64,000 bases of DNA from assembly GCA_002269645.1 (NCBI GenBank), contig NIVC01001180.1, positions 248,001 to 312,000 of the forward strand, in the 5' to 3' direction. Origin of the DNA: Macrostomum lignano (Eukaryota). A program made the translations under genes and the position numbers. Positions 24,230 through 36,418 of the stretch are shown piece after piece; position 1 is the stretch's first letter; each line of letters opens with the position of its first letter. Below the pieces are notes generated by a model that had not been told where the DNA came from, did no database searches, and saw only the letters and a program-made list of their open reading frames with translations.

Positions 24230-24716
24230 AGGGACAGGATGACGTAATATCAGCTAAAAGGTATAACACGCGCAGTCAGACCAAGCTCCCAAACAGATGT
24301 CAGTGCTATTTGAAAAGGCTAATCTCGGTCTGGAGCTTATTAGAGGGACTAAAGTTCTGAGTCAGGGAAGAATTGGTAGCGAGGGTAAGGCACAGAACAA
24401 ATAAACAGGTGGGATCTCATTGGGTGAGGGAAGGTAATCAGAACAGCCAATTAGAAGTCAGTTATTGGGAAGACCAGGAGTGGTCAGCTAGGAAATCAGG
24501 GCAGTCAGCCAATGAAAATTCAGCTTTTGATTAAATGAACTGATGGGCAAATTAAGACAAACAATGCCTGGGGTGGGGTGCCACGCCTATATAAACAAAC
24601 ACTCAAGGCAAGAGGAAGTCAACTATAGTCGTGTTGACAGCTAATTAACCATTCTGGTTTGATTGACCGTGCTGGACTGTAATCTCCATAATGGAAGAGG
24701 CTCATTCCATATAAGC
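24230..24716 (+). mobile_element. Possible LTR retrotransposon 3' end with LTR remnant
   Basis: RYNTRSQTKLPNRCQ-like peptide typical of Gypsy pol C-termini, a purine tract (CAGGGAAGAA), two CCAAT boxes and TATATAAA, ending in CA. Confidence 0.3.
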
Positions 24717-25460
24717 ATGGTCGTAACATGACAGGCTATTTTTACTTATAAAATGAAATATAATAATAGAATATACTAAACCAATATTTTAAATGAAAGA
24801 TAATTTTGTCAAAAATATTTTTATAGAGTTTCATGTAGATATCATCATTAGTATAGATGCTATTAAACCTTGAATGGCACTTATGGTCGTAACAACAGGA
24901 TTTTTGACATATAGAAACTAAAAGGTAAAAGTCTTATAACATTTTTATTTTTGATATTTTGCAATACATTTTTTAAAATTTGACTCAGAACATCTTTAGT
25001 AATCATACTCTTTCTGTAGAATATATAAACTCAAAAAGGCAACAAAGATACAAAAGAAAAGGCAGCCTTATGGTCGTAACATTATGGTCGTAACATATTT
25101 TTTTCTGTCAATTCAGTAACTTTGAGGTACCAATATATTAAAAATATAATAGATTATTTGGTCACCAATACTTTTATCTGATGATGCAAGTACTATACTT
25201 TTATCTATAGTTTGTTTCAACCTTCCAAAGCTTTCTATTTGTTTTTAAAAGGTACACAAACTTAATGATGTCTTTTGCTTAGAAAAATGTCTAAATTTTT
25301 ACAAAAATGACTTTTTGCCACTTGATAGCATACTAATCTAACATTTTATCATTCATTTATTCTTAGATTGTAGATATTACACATAAAAAACATTTGGTAA
25401 AAAAATTGGCTGATAAGGCAATGGCAAGCAAAAATATTGACTTTTTTCTATTTTCCAAAA

Positions 25461-26471
25461 ATGTCCATCTTATATGGAATGAGCCAAGACACTATTGACA
25501 TCATGGCGGAGGATGACATCCTCAATAAGATCCTAGCAGACATTGAAGTAGGTAGTGTAGAAGAAATCAAAGCAAATGCGAGTGTGCCAACAACAACAGT
25601 AATGTCAGACAGAAACGCTGTGATGGCATTGACAATGATGGCGATGTCAGACAGCAACACCATGATGGCACTGACTACGGTGGAATGCCAAGAAGACCAC
25701 CCGGCTAGGCAGCTAAAGTCCATGGTCATCAAGCGGACGTCTACGGAAGCAGAAGGCACTCAGTCAGCTAAACGGCCTGCTCTGGGGAGTCAACCTTTGG
25801 TTCCACATGACTCCAAGGCCCAAGCTCAGCTGCTCAGCGATCAAGCCAACAGGCCAGTGCCTGTAATTTTGGCCATAATGAAGCGGCAGCTGCAGGGCGC
25901 CAAGAGCCCAATCTGCCTTGCCAGTCAGTACCAGCCAATTCAGCCGAGGCTGTCGGCAGCAGCTGGCAGGCGAGGGCAACAACCAGCGCCAGCAGTAGCA
26001 GCAGCCAGCCGCCAAAGGCCAGCAGCAGCAGCAGCATCAGCAAACAGCGGGCAGCCTGTGACAATGTCAGCAGTAGCTCCAACGCCACCAGCACCGTCTA
26101 TGATCTCGAAGTAGCAACGGCCTCAAGACGAAGCAGCACGAGGGTCAGCCAGCGCCGCATCGGCCACAGACCTCAGCTTAGGAGCCAATTTTCCAGCTGT
26201 CCTCGACAGGATCCCAAGAGGACAGCATGATCAGCTGAAGCATTTCATCAAGATGCTGAAGGGGCACCTGATGCGAATGGCTTATTTATGCACTGACTGG
26301 CCCACTCCAATGCCAGTGCACGCAGGCCAAGCTGGTATTATGCCTGCTAGTGCAACAGTTCGACTTGGAGTTGCGAATTGCAGCATGGCGCCAAGCGGTG
26401 CAGTACCATTGTCTGTTGCTGCAAATCGAAATTTGTTGGATGGCGGACTAGATCGGTTGGCCGTACCATGA
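25461..26471 (+). pseudogene. Unknown low-complexity ORF of about 336 codons broken by one in-frame TAG (26112-26114); weak BESS-like C-terminal segment
   Basis: ORFs 25437-26114 and 26253-26471 are in the same frame and the intervening sequence is open (QRPQDEAARG...NFPAVLDRIPRGQHDQLKHFIKMLKGHL). Flanked upstream by repeated TGGTCGTAACA motifs (about 24718, 24884, 25071, 25085), suggesting a DNA-transposon context. Confidence 0.4.
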
Positions 26472-29126
26472 CCAGCTACTGGACAAATTCAAACTGGGAT
26501 GTAATTGAGAATGTCTATTGCTAGTATGGACTTTTGCAATTGCTAAAATTTGTGAGATTGCTTATTTGTGTGAATTTTCTATACAAGTGCTTATTTCTTT
26601 GTGAACTTGCTTTTATAAATTGCTTACCTGTGTGAATTACTTGTTAAGCATCTTTTTTTTCGAAAAAATTCCCATTTTGCTTACTTTGAACTAATAATTG
26701 CATACCCAATTTTCATTTTGCTTATTTTTTGGCAAATAGTTGCTTGGTGTACTTTGTGACTCAGTTTTTCTATTTTTTATATATTCCTTTGCAATCACGT
26801 TTATTATTTTTTGTGCCATTAATAAGTTATAAGTTAAGTTATAGTTAATAAGTGCCATTTTTTGTGCTCAGTTTTTTATGCTTATGGACTATTGTCTTTT
26901 CCATTATTATACACTACTAGTATCATTTTGCTCACTTAATAATTCACAAAATAATATTCAGGGAAGCCAACTGTAGAAGGGCCTATATTTTATTCTATGA
27001 AATTATTATTATTCTTAAAAGTTAAATTCCCGCCAAATAACAAATACCATATATTTTTCTTTTAGAAATTTTGTTTTAAAAAGGCAAAGTAATTTTGTTT
27101 TAGTTAACTATTGTTTAAACGCATGATATACGAACCAAAAGGACAAGACTTTGTCTACTATAAATACAAGGCCAAAATAGAACATTTCTTTTACCTTTTG
27201 GGTTCATTACTCAGTTAACTAGAAATCAAGATTCCTTTGGTTTGCTGATTTGGTTATTTGAGCAGGATTTTGAGATAAAATACTATGTTGGATAGAAAAG
27301 GGCGTTTTTGCCAGTACAGTTATAAGCAGGGATTGCCAATCAAGCATTTTGCTCAGTAAAGGGGTGGAATACCCAGTAAAAGGGGTGAAATACCCAGTGG
27401 AAAGGTTGAATTACCCAGGAAAGGAGGATTCCTAGGGAATAGATTCAGGCTGTTGCAGCTAAGTGTGATGCAGTTTTAAGTCGTGAAAGACAGTACTAAA
27501 AGCTAGAAACCCCTCAGTCTTGGTAACACCATGTTTGGACTATATAGTTTAAGAGTTTAGTAGTATACAGCAGTGTCTTGCTGCCCAGGCACTGAAGCTA
27601 CCCAGGGTAATTTGTACCAACAATAACCCATAGCATATAAAGTACATGTAAGTATAAAAGTAGGATTTTTTTAGAAATAATAGGCCTAATACATTTTTTA
27701 AGAATAGGATAAATGATTTCTAGTACAATTTGGTGAAGAAACTGCAGGACTCAATAGACAGGGGAATTAGGCTTGCAACAACTTGGTGAAAAATTGGTGG
27801 GATATTATAAAATAGCGAAGGGGCCTAGAACATTAGTTTGTTATTGTTTGTAGCATAGATAACAATCTTAGAGTTAAAATAACAAATTTTTGCTTTTCAA
27901 ACATAGCCTTGGAAATATCTAGGCGTATCTTTGAGAATTTGGCTAGTTGCAAATGGGCAACCTGGCAATATATATTAATAGGCTTAATTAAAAAAACTTT
28001 TTATTTTAGTTCCCTTTAAATTAAATAGATGAAGCAGCTTCTCATCATAGACAAAAGACACATTAAGATTGGCAAGCGCAAACTTATTAATTAGCTGTTA
28101 TTTGCCATATAGACTAGGCCTAAGGCTTGTGACAATTATTTCTTAAACTTCCATTGGTCAGTAGGTGACTGCATTAAAGTACTGACTAATATTTAAAAAC
28201 AGATGAGCTTTTCTTGGACTAGTCTAAAAAAACTCAAAAGATAAGCTTTTTTAAGGCTAGATGGGAGATTTTTTTTAGCTTTTCCCTATTTAGCCTACTG
28301 CCATTGGGTATAAACTTTGTCCAACTTGTAATTTAACTGCATTATGAGTAGGCCCCTAGGGGTTGCAAACGCCAAAATCCCAGTTTTTTCTAACTTTTTT
28401 GCAATTGCAATCCTGGGATCCTGGGATGCAATCCTGGGATTAGAAAAATACAGATTTTTAAGCTTTTCGGTTGAAATTTTAAGGGAAAAAATATGCGCTC
28501 AACAAATTTTTGCTTTTATTTTTTTGTATTGTTCTAGAGATAATGATTTTTTGTACATGAAAAACAGCATTATCTTGTGACATATTCAAGCAAGTAGTAT
28601 AAAAGTACTAATTAAAAGTAAAGAAGAAAATCATGTATATCAAAATTTATATTGGAATAAATTTCACATTAAAGCTGTGATGTGGGGTTTAAAAAGGCCC
28701 ACACAACATGAGGCGATTAACAGAAATTAGCGCAGTATGATAAACTAGTTGTGGGCCCAATTATGTTCATATTACAACATTATTGTAAAAATGTCATACA
28801 GTCTCTAGAACCAGTGGTGGTGTAGGCTGCTATGATGGCAGCATCGCAGTTGTTGTCTTCGCAGTTGCAGGATGTCAAGTCAGGCCATTGGCAGCCACAG
28901 ACCACAGGGCACCGACAAAGGAGCTGAGTTCTGGTTGGTCATTAAAACCATTGTGCTGTGCAGCTAAGCAATGCTGTTATTGCTTCGTTGTTTGGCATGA
29001 CCTTAGCTAAGCTGTTGGCCATTTATATTGCCTGCTGCTTTCTAGCCTGTGGTGGCTTATCATTAGTAGTATTGAAACATGAATGGCTGCAGCTCACATT
29101 GTCAGCTTCTTTGTCACTGCAAACAC

Positions 29127-29447
29127 CTAAATGAGGAATGAGGCGGGGTAGAGCAGCTCCCTGTCTGGAATGGCATTTATCCGCAAACATGTTGTATCTT
29201 CATATTGCAAAGAAGGATGGCTGTACTCATTGTCAGTAAAATGCAAACTGCACACTTGCAATCCCATCTTGCGAATGGCTCCGATGCTTATATCGGCAAT
29301 GTCTAAGTCAATTTCCAGCATCTGCCACCATCGATTCTTAACTCCGTCGTCTGCTGGAAAACCTGCATGCATTCGCACAGCCACTCCTTTGTCCATTAGA
29401 GATTGCACTGTATGGCTGCCACAGCAGCACTTTAAGCTGAATTCCAT
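29127..29447 (-). CDS. THAP zinc-finger-like domain ORF (106 aa), probably transposon-derived
   Basis: MEFSLKCCCGSH...MHAGFPADDGVKNRWW...LQVCSLHFTDNEY...LRINAIP shows the THAP hallmarks FP, W, CxxHF and the terminal AVP-like motif. N-terminal Cys spacing is atypical. Confidence 0.6.
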   Translation of the reverse strand: MEFSLKCCCGSHTVQSLMDKGVAVRMHAGFPADDGVKNRWWQMLEIDLDIADISIGAIRKMGLQVCSLHFTDNEYSHPSLQYEDTTCLRINAIPDRELLYPASFLI

Positions 29448-29979
29448 GCCAGTTTGGTGATCGCACAAAATTGAGCTGGTATTGTGTCAGTCTTGCTCTG
29501 TTTGCTAGTAAGCCTCAAAGTGTGAAGTATAAAATCTTTCCTTTCTCCATCCGTCCTACCTCTCATTTAAACTCCCATATCTTGTAGCACTTGACTGCTA
29601 GCTAAAAACAAAGTCAATCAATTTCTTTGGCTTTCTATGGCCAAGACTACATTTTTTGGGTAGGGAACAGATTTTAAATGAGTGTTTTATGCCTGAGAAT
29701 TTCAATCCACTCATCCACTGCCAAGCTTGCCTATTATTTCCTTAAAAAACAAAAACAGAGCAAATATGCGCTTATGCCACTGGACAGAGAGTAGCAAGTC
29801 AAACTGACATATAAAGATAGTGCTGAGTGAACCATCTAGATTATTTAGTATCTGTGGTTATGGCTAGACACCTTTCTGCACCATTTTTTATTATTCCTCT
29901 TGCACAAGTACAGCATAGCAAAAGTGCATAGCAATGGCTCTGTATAATATGGAAATAACCATGTAAGACCTTGCTATGA

Positions 29980-30385
29980 TGATAGCTACAACATGCGACC
30001 TAATTAACTGGCTAGCCACTTACCAACTTATTGCCAACCAATGTGCATATAATAACTACCATGGTATACCATTTGACTGCAATGTTGTCAAGGTGATTGG
30101 TTCATTGATAGGTATGCTTGGGCCTATCCTGGTTGCCATGCTTAAGTCTCAATCTGGAAGGATTCTTTTTTGAATGGAATCACCTAGAGTTGTGCCAACT
30201 TATTGACCTAATCTAATAGTGTTTGGTGGATGCTAGGCAGCAAAAATACTGGTATGTGCCAATACAATATTAGCTGCCAGTTGATGATTGACTGGCAGAA
30301 CTTCATCTGTGACATTTTTTGTGCCCAGTACCTACTGGACCATCCAATGCAGCTTGCAGTGACATACTTGCCTTGGATATCTTGT
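29980..30385 (+). mobile_element. Merlin/ISXO2-like DDE transposase N-terminal remnant
   Basis: Across frameshifts: DLINWLATYQLIANQ..., IDRYAWAYPGCHA*VSIWKDSF, HLELCQLIDLI and LMIDWQNFICDIFCAQYLLDHPMQL, resembling Merlin S.RKDSFF...HL......DW.NFCRDVC..YL.DHP..IGG. Truncated before the EIDES catalytic motif. Confidence 0.65.
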
Positions 30386-30729
30386 CAGCTAGCTAGATGG
30401 GCTAATGAGTTATGCAAAAAATAATACATATGGTTTACTCATGTATAGGCCTTTCTAGGCAAAGAAAAATTCACTTTCAGAAAGCCTAAATTTTATTATT
30501 ATATAACCTAATGCTTTTTGGAGATAATAAATAATAAAAGATATGAAAATTAAATTAGGCAAAATAAATATCTTGCCATAAAAATATGGCATTGTTTTGC
30601 ATTCATACTGCCTATATTTCCCCACCACATGCAAAAAAATTGTACAAAACATTCAGCTACTAAAATAAGATAATTCAAACCAAATCAACAACTTTCTAAG
30701 CTACTCTGATAAATAATACATAAAGTTTG

Positions 30730-30748
30730 TTTCTGTCCTTATTTTCAG
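30730..30748 (+). promoter_or_regulatory. Splice acceptor 10 nt upstream of the PPAN ATG (candidate SL trans-splice site)
   Basis: TTTCTGTCCTTATTTTCAG|CCTCATTTGCATG; AG at 30747-30748. Confidence 0.6.
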
Positions 30749-30758
30749 CCTCATTTGC

Positions 30759-33700
30759 ATGGCTCGCAAGAACAAAAAAGGTCGCGCCAAACGGCGCAAC
30801 AAAGCCCAGCCAGGCCGGGAAGAAGAGGAGAAAGCCAAGCCGCACACAATGATCTTCTCCAGGGCTGGGGTTGGCAAATTTGTTAAACAATTGGCCACTG
30901 ACTTGCGCCTAGCATTCGAGCCCTACACCGCCATGCGCCTGCGCTTCAGCAAGTCTAACGTGCTTAAAGACGCCGTAGCCATTGCTGGTAAATTCGCCGT
31001 CAGCCACCTGGTCTATTTCACTCATCCTAGCGATTCTATTAACATGCGCATAGTTGCCTGTCCGCACGGTCCTACTCTGACCTTTCGTGTCCTGTCCTAC
31101 TGCCTGCGCGCCGATGTGCTCAGCGCGGCTCGCCGGATCAACAGTAGCGCCTCAATTTATCAGCATCCGCCTCTGTTGATTATGAACGGCTTCACTGGCG
31201 AGGGTCGGCAGCTTCGCTTGCTGACTACCACTTTTCGAAGCCTGCTGCCTTCGTTGAATTTGCAGCAGTTGAATCTGCGGACTGTTCGTCGATGCTTACT
31301 GTTGAATTACGATCCGGAGACTGATCAGATCCAGCTGCGGCATTATAGCGTGCGACTGGCGCCCAGGGGCGTGTCCAAGGCTGTGCGACGACTGCGCAGG
31401 AAGAAGGTTTGAGTGCTGCCAGGCTGGATGGGACAATTCACACTCTGGTATTCAATGTGTACTGCACCCTCTCAGTCTATTCACTGTGTGCTGCACCCTC
31501 CCAGTCTATTCACTGTGTGCTGCACCCTCCCAGTCTATTTACTGTGTGCTGCACCCTCCCAGTCTATTCAATGTGTGCTGCACCCTCCCAGTCTATTCAC
31601 TGTGTGCTGCACCCTCCCAGTCTATTCACTGTGTGCTGCACCCTCCCAGTCTATTCACTGTGTGCTTCACCCTCCCAGTCTATTCACTGTGTGCTGCACC
31701 CTCCCAGTCTATTCACTGTGTGCTGCACCCTCCCAGTCTATTTACTGTGTGCTGCACCCTCCCAGTCTATTCAATGTGTGCTGCACCCTCCCAGTCTATT
31801 CACTGTGTGCTGCACCCTCCCAGTCTATTCACTGTGTGCTGCACCCTCCCAGTCTATTCACTGTGTGCTTCACCCTCCCAGTCTATTCACTGTGTGCTGC
31901 ACCCTCCCAGTCTATTCACTGTGTGCTGCACCCTCCCAGTCTATTCACTGTGTGCTGCACCCTCCCAGTCTATTTACTGTGTGCTGCACCCTCCCAGTCT
32001 ATTCACTGTGTGCTGCACCCTCCCAGTCTATTCACTGTGTGCTGCACCCTCCCAGTCTATTCACTGTGTGCTGCACCCTCCCAGTCTATTCAATGTGTGC
32101 TGCACCCTCCCAGTCTATTCAATGTGAGTGCTGCACCCTCCACTCAGCAGGTGTAGTAGCATCCTCATCTCAGTCTATTCAGCAGGTGTTGTAGCACCCT
32201 CCCAGTCTACTCAGCAGGTGTAGTAGCATCCTCATCTCAGTCTACTATTCTATCACCCTCTCTCCACAATCTTCAGTAGGTCATTGCTTAGTGTCACGCC
32301 CAAGATTGAGAAGTCCTTATTAAGCACCCGCCCCTGAACGCCAACCGACTCAGGTGCCGGATCTGAGCCGCTACACCGATTTCAACGATTTCGTCAACGG
32401 CGCCGGCTGCGCGTCCGACTCCGGCCTGTCCGACGCGGACTTTGACGGCGACCACAACACCATTGACTGTCTGCCTGTTGGCGTCGGGCCGGCCAATCCC
32501 CAGGGCGGTGCGTCGGCTGTTCGCTTAACGGAGCTCGGTCCTCGGATAGAATTGCAGCTGCTCAAAGTGGAGGAAGGCGTCAACTCAGGAGCGGTGCTCT
32601 ATCACAAGTTTGTGATGAAGACGCCAGAGCAGCTGGTCGAGCTGGATAGTCGGGCCAGGCGCAAGCGGCGGCTTAAGGCTAAGAGACGATCGGATCAGGT
32701 GAGGGAAATGCTGTGCTTCCTACTTCGCAAGTTTTAAAATGTTAAGCGAAAAGGTTTGAATCGTTGGAAGCGGTAAATTTTCGGGGCTTTATTAAAAATG
32801 ACCGATCCAAAGTTCAACACAAGATCTAGTACTGCTGCTATTGTTGTTGCTATGGCCCTATTCAATTTTCTATAAATCCCGGAACAATCGCGTCTTTAGG
32901 GTTTACTGCTTAGCTCAGTATTTAATAGATGTAGCTAAGCATATGCTCACATATGCCATCTTCCCCATCCCCTACACTTCCCCATCCCCTACACCCCCAT
33001 CCCTTACACTCTTCCCCATCCCCTACACTCTTTCCCATCCCCTACACTCTTTCCCATCCCCTACACTCTTCCCCATCCCCTACACTCTTCCCCATCCCCT
33101 ACACTCTTCCCCATCCCTTACACTCTTCCCCATCCCTTACACTCTTCCCCATCCCCTACACTCTTTCCCATCCCCTGCACTCTTCCTCATCCCCTACACT
33201 CTTCCCCATCCCTTACACTCTTCCCCATCCCCTACACTCTTTCCCATCCCCTGCACTCTTCCTCATCCCCTACACTCTTCCCCATCCCTTACACTCTTCC
33301 CCATCCCCTGCACTCTTCCTCATCCCCTACACTCTTCCCCATCCCTTACACTCTTCCCCATCCCCTGCACTCTTCCTCATCCCCTGCACTCTTCCCCATC
33401 CCTTACACTCTCCCCCATCCCCTGCACTCTTCCCCATCCCCTACACTCTTCCCCATTCCCTACACTCTTCCCCATCCCTTACACTCTCTCCCATCCCCTG
33501 CACTCTTCCCCATCCCCTACACTCTTCCCCATTCCCTACACTCTTCCCCATCCCCTACACTCTCCCCCATCCCCTACACTCTTCCTCATCCCCTACACTC
33601 TTCCCCATCCCCTACACTCTTCCCCATCCCTTACACTCTTCCCCATCCCCTGCACTCTTCCTCATCCCCTACACTCTTCCCCATCCCTTACACTCTCTCC

Positions 33701-34273
33701 CATCCCCTGCACTCTTCCCCATCCCCTACACTCTCCCCCATCCCCTGCACTCTTCCCCATCCCCTGCACTCTATAAATATAACATTAAAATTGGCTGCTT
33801 GCCTACTCGAATATTCACTGAAATAGTAGTTTATATCAATCATACAAGCGTATTTATTTCATCGCTCACCGCAGGCTGACCGGGTGACGGCCAAAGCCGA
33901 GGAGCGCCTGCGGCACAAGCGTCGCTGCCTGGAGGGCATGGTGGCGGCCGGACAGCTCAGCGCCGAAGAGGCCGACCGTCTGCTAAAAGAGGAAGCCAAA
34001 GGCGACGGCGAGGGCGAAGGCGAATCGGCGGCGGGTGCTAACGGCGACGATGCAGCCGCTCCGCCGAAGAAGAAGACTCGATTGTCCTCGTCGGGGTTGG
34101 CTAAGAGCTCCGCAGCCGGAAAGGACAAGAAGACAGTCCGGGCAAAGGCATTGGCAAAGAAGTCTCCGGCGGGCAAGGCCAAAGCAAAAAGCGGCATAAA
34201 GAAGAAGTCAACAAAATTAACAGCCAGAAAGAAGTCGGCTGGCGTGAGAAAGGCCGGCCGGGCCAGGAAGTGA
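30759..34273 (+). CDS. PPAN: Peter Pan / Ssf1 Brix-domain 60S ribosome biogenesis factor (463 aa, 3 exons)
   Basis: Exons 30759-31406, 32354-32698 and 33875-34273 join in frame. Motifs PHTMIFSR, FEPYTAMRL, N.LKD, PHGPTLTFRVLSYCL, PPLLIMNGF, VRRCLLLNY, IQLRHYS, AVRLTELGPRIELQLLKVEEG..SGAVLYH. AATAAA at 34365-34370. Confidence 0.96.
31455..32250. repeat. 29-bp minisatellite (CACTGTGTGCTGCACCCTCCCAGTCTATT) in PPAN intron 1
   Basis: About 25 copies inside intron 31407-32353, degenerating at the 3' end. Confidence 0.95.
32955..33772. repeat. 19-bp pyrimidine-rich minisatellite (TACACTCTTCCCCATCCCC) in PPAN intron 2
   Basis: About 43 copies inside intron 32699-33874. Confidence 0.95.
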
Positions 34274-34549
34274 CCGAGTTATTTAGTTTTCTAAGAAAAA
34301 GAATTCTCCATCTTCAATATGTCAATAACGCAAATTTCTTCTGCTTAGTAGAAATTACGTAATTAATAAAGCTAACCAAATTGATTGCGCAATGCTCTGG
34401 CATTTCTTCCCCAAGCCCCGATGTTGACCCCAAGCGAGCATTGGCGGCGATGTGCTAATTGCATTTTTGAATTGCTGTTATCTTGTGGTTAATCTTTATT
34501 TGCTCAAATTCTATGCCATAGTCATGTAACATTCCAAACTCTTACCCAT

Positions 34550-35352
34550 TACTTACACTCTCTTCCCCATCCCCTGCACTCTCTTTCTCATCCCTACACT
34601 CTCTTACCCATCCCCTGCACTCTCTTCCCCATCCCCTGCACTCTCTTCTTCACCCCCTACACTCTCTTCCCCATCCCCTGTACTCTCTTCCCCATCCCCT
34701 GCACTCTCTTCTTCACCCCCTACACTCTCTTCCCCATCCCCTGTACTCTCTTCCCCATCCCCTGCACTCTCTTCTTCACCCCCTACACTCTCTTCCCCAT
34801 CCCCTGTACTCTCTTCCCCATCCCCTGTACTCTCTTCCCCATCCCCTACACTCTCTTCTTCACCCCCTACACTCTTCCCCATCCCCTGTACTCTCTTCCC
34901 CATCCCCTGTACTCTCTTCCCCATCCCCTACACTCTCTTCTTCACCCCCTACACTCTTCCCCATCCCCTGTACTCTCTTCCCCATCCCCTACACTCTCTT
35001 CTTCACCCCCTACACTCTTCCCCATCCCCTGTACTCTCTTCCCCATCCCCTACACTCTCTTCTTCACCCCCTACACTCTCTTCCCCATCCCCTGTACTCT
35101 CTTCCCCATCCCCTACACTCTCTTCCTCATCCCCTACACTCTCTTCTTCACCCCCTACACTCTCTTCCCCATCCCCTACACTCTCTTCTTCACCCCCTAC
35201 ACTCTCTTCCCCATCCCCTACACTCTCTTCCTCACCCCCTACACTCTCTTCCCCATCCCCTGTACTCTCTTCCCCATCCCCTACACTCTCTTCTTCACCC
35301 CCTACACTCTCTTCCCCATCCCCTGTACTCTCTTCCCCATCCCCTGTACTCT
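34550..35352. repeat. 19-21-bp pyrimidine-rich minisatellite (CTCTCTTCCCCATCCCCTGTA / CTCTCTTCTTCACCCCCTACA) between PPAN and the claudin-like gene
   Basis: About 38 copies with alternating variants, ending about 55 nt before the acceptor at 35405-35406. Confidence 0.95.
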
Positions 35353-35408
35353 CATCATCGTCAAACGTTTTACCTAACAGTTTTATTGGCATTCGGTCAA
35401 TTTCAGCA

Positions 35409-36125
35409 ATGAACTCCGACTACGATAACAGTAGAAAGCGAATTGTGTCCGGCTACGGCCGTTCAGCTCTAGTCTGCTCAGCTGTGAGCCTCCTGTGCAC
35501 CCTGGTGTCATTCGTGACGCCATTCTGGCTGCAGTCCTGGCCGCGGGTGCACACCCCGGTGGACAGACTCGGCCTGTGGGAGTTCTGCCTTGACGGCCTG
35601 GTGCACCGGCTTGACCCGGAGATGCGCTCCTACTTTGGCTGCTGGTGGTCATTTGCTCCGGAGTTCTACCCAATTAGAGACTTCCTGATGCCGCCTTGGT
35701 TCCGCTTTGTTCAGTTTTTCATCACCATCAGCCTGCTGTTGCTGATCTGCGGCTTCATCTTATGCCTGCTGTACGTGCTGGGATGCATTAACAATGCCGA
35801 GAGGCGGGCCCTGCTCAGCCGGTGCCTGGCTTACCTATTCGCCGTGATTGGCACTCTGATTGGCATCGGAGTGATCATCTTCGGGTCCAAGTGCCTGGAC
35901 CCTTACTGGCTGCCGCTGCCGTCACTGAACTGGCCGTCCTGGAGCTTCGGCCTGGCCGTGCTGGCTGCGCTGTTCTGCTTCTTCACCAGCTGCTTCCTGG
36001 TGCCGCAGATGAAGCTAGATAGGGAGCTCACCCAGCTGAATGAGTACGCTTTTCCTATGCACGCTAAGTCTACGGTTACGGAGAAGCTCATGAAGAGTCA
36101 CAGTCCATCGGATACTGTCATTTAA
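35409..36125 (+). CDS. Claudin/PMP22-superfamily tetraspan protein (invertebrate septate-junction type, pickel/sinuous/kune-like), 238 aa, single coding exon
   Basis: Four hydrophobic segments and the claudin W-GLW-C-C signature (PFWLQSW...RLGLWEFC...GCWW). Acceptor TTTCAG lies 2 nt before the ATG. Confidence 0.88.
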   Translation: MNSDYDNSRKRIVSGYGRSALVCSAVSLLCTLVSFVTPFWLQSWPRVHTPVDRLGLWEFCLDGLVHRLDPEMRSYFGCWWSFAPEFYPIRDFLMPPWFRFVQFFITISLLLLICGFILCLLYVLGCINNAERRALLSRCLAYLFAVIGTLIGIGVIIFGSKCLDPYWLPLPSLNWPSWSFGLAVLAALFCFFTSCFLVPQMKLDRELTQLNEYAFPMHAKSTVTEKLMKSHSPSDTVI

Positions 36126-36418
36126 GCTGTTGTGGCGGCTTTGACATTCGTGTTTGTCAATTTGTCTGATAAAAAATCACATTGGGGAGTAAGTAATAGG
36201 TGTATTGGGGAGTAAGATTACAACAATTTAATCTACAGATCTACAGGCAGAAGCCACTCCTATGTCTATGGCATCACCGAATTAAATGGTGATCAAATGA
36301 AATCAAACGGAAAATCAAACGTAAATACTACATCCGATAGTATCTGCTGGCCTTCATCGGTTTAAGGCTCCTTCGTAACTTCTTTATTGTGTTTAGAAAG
36401 AGATAATACTTGTAGAAT

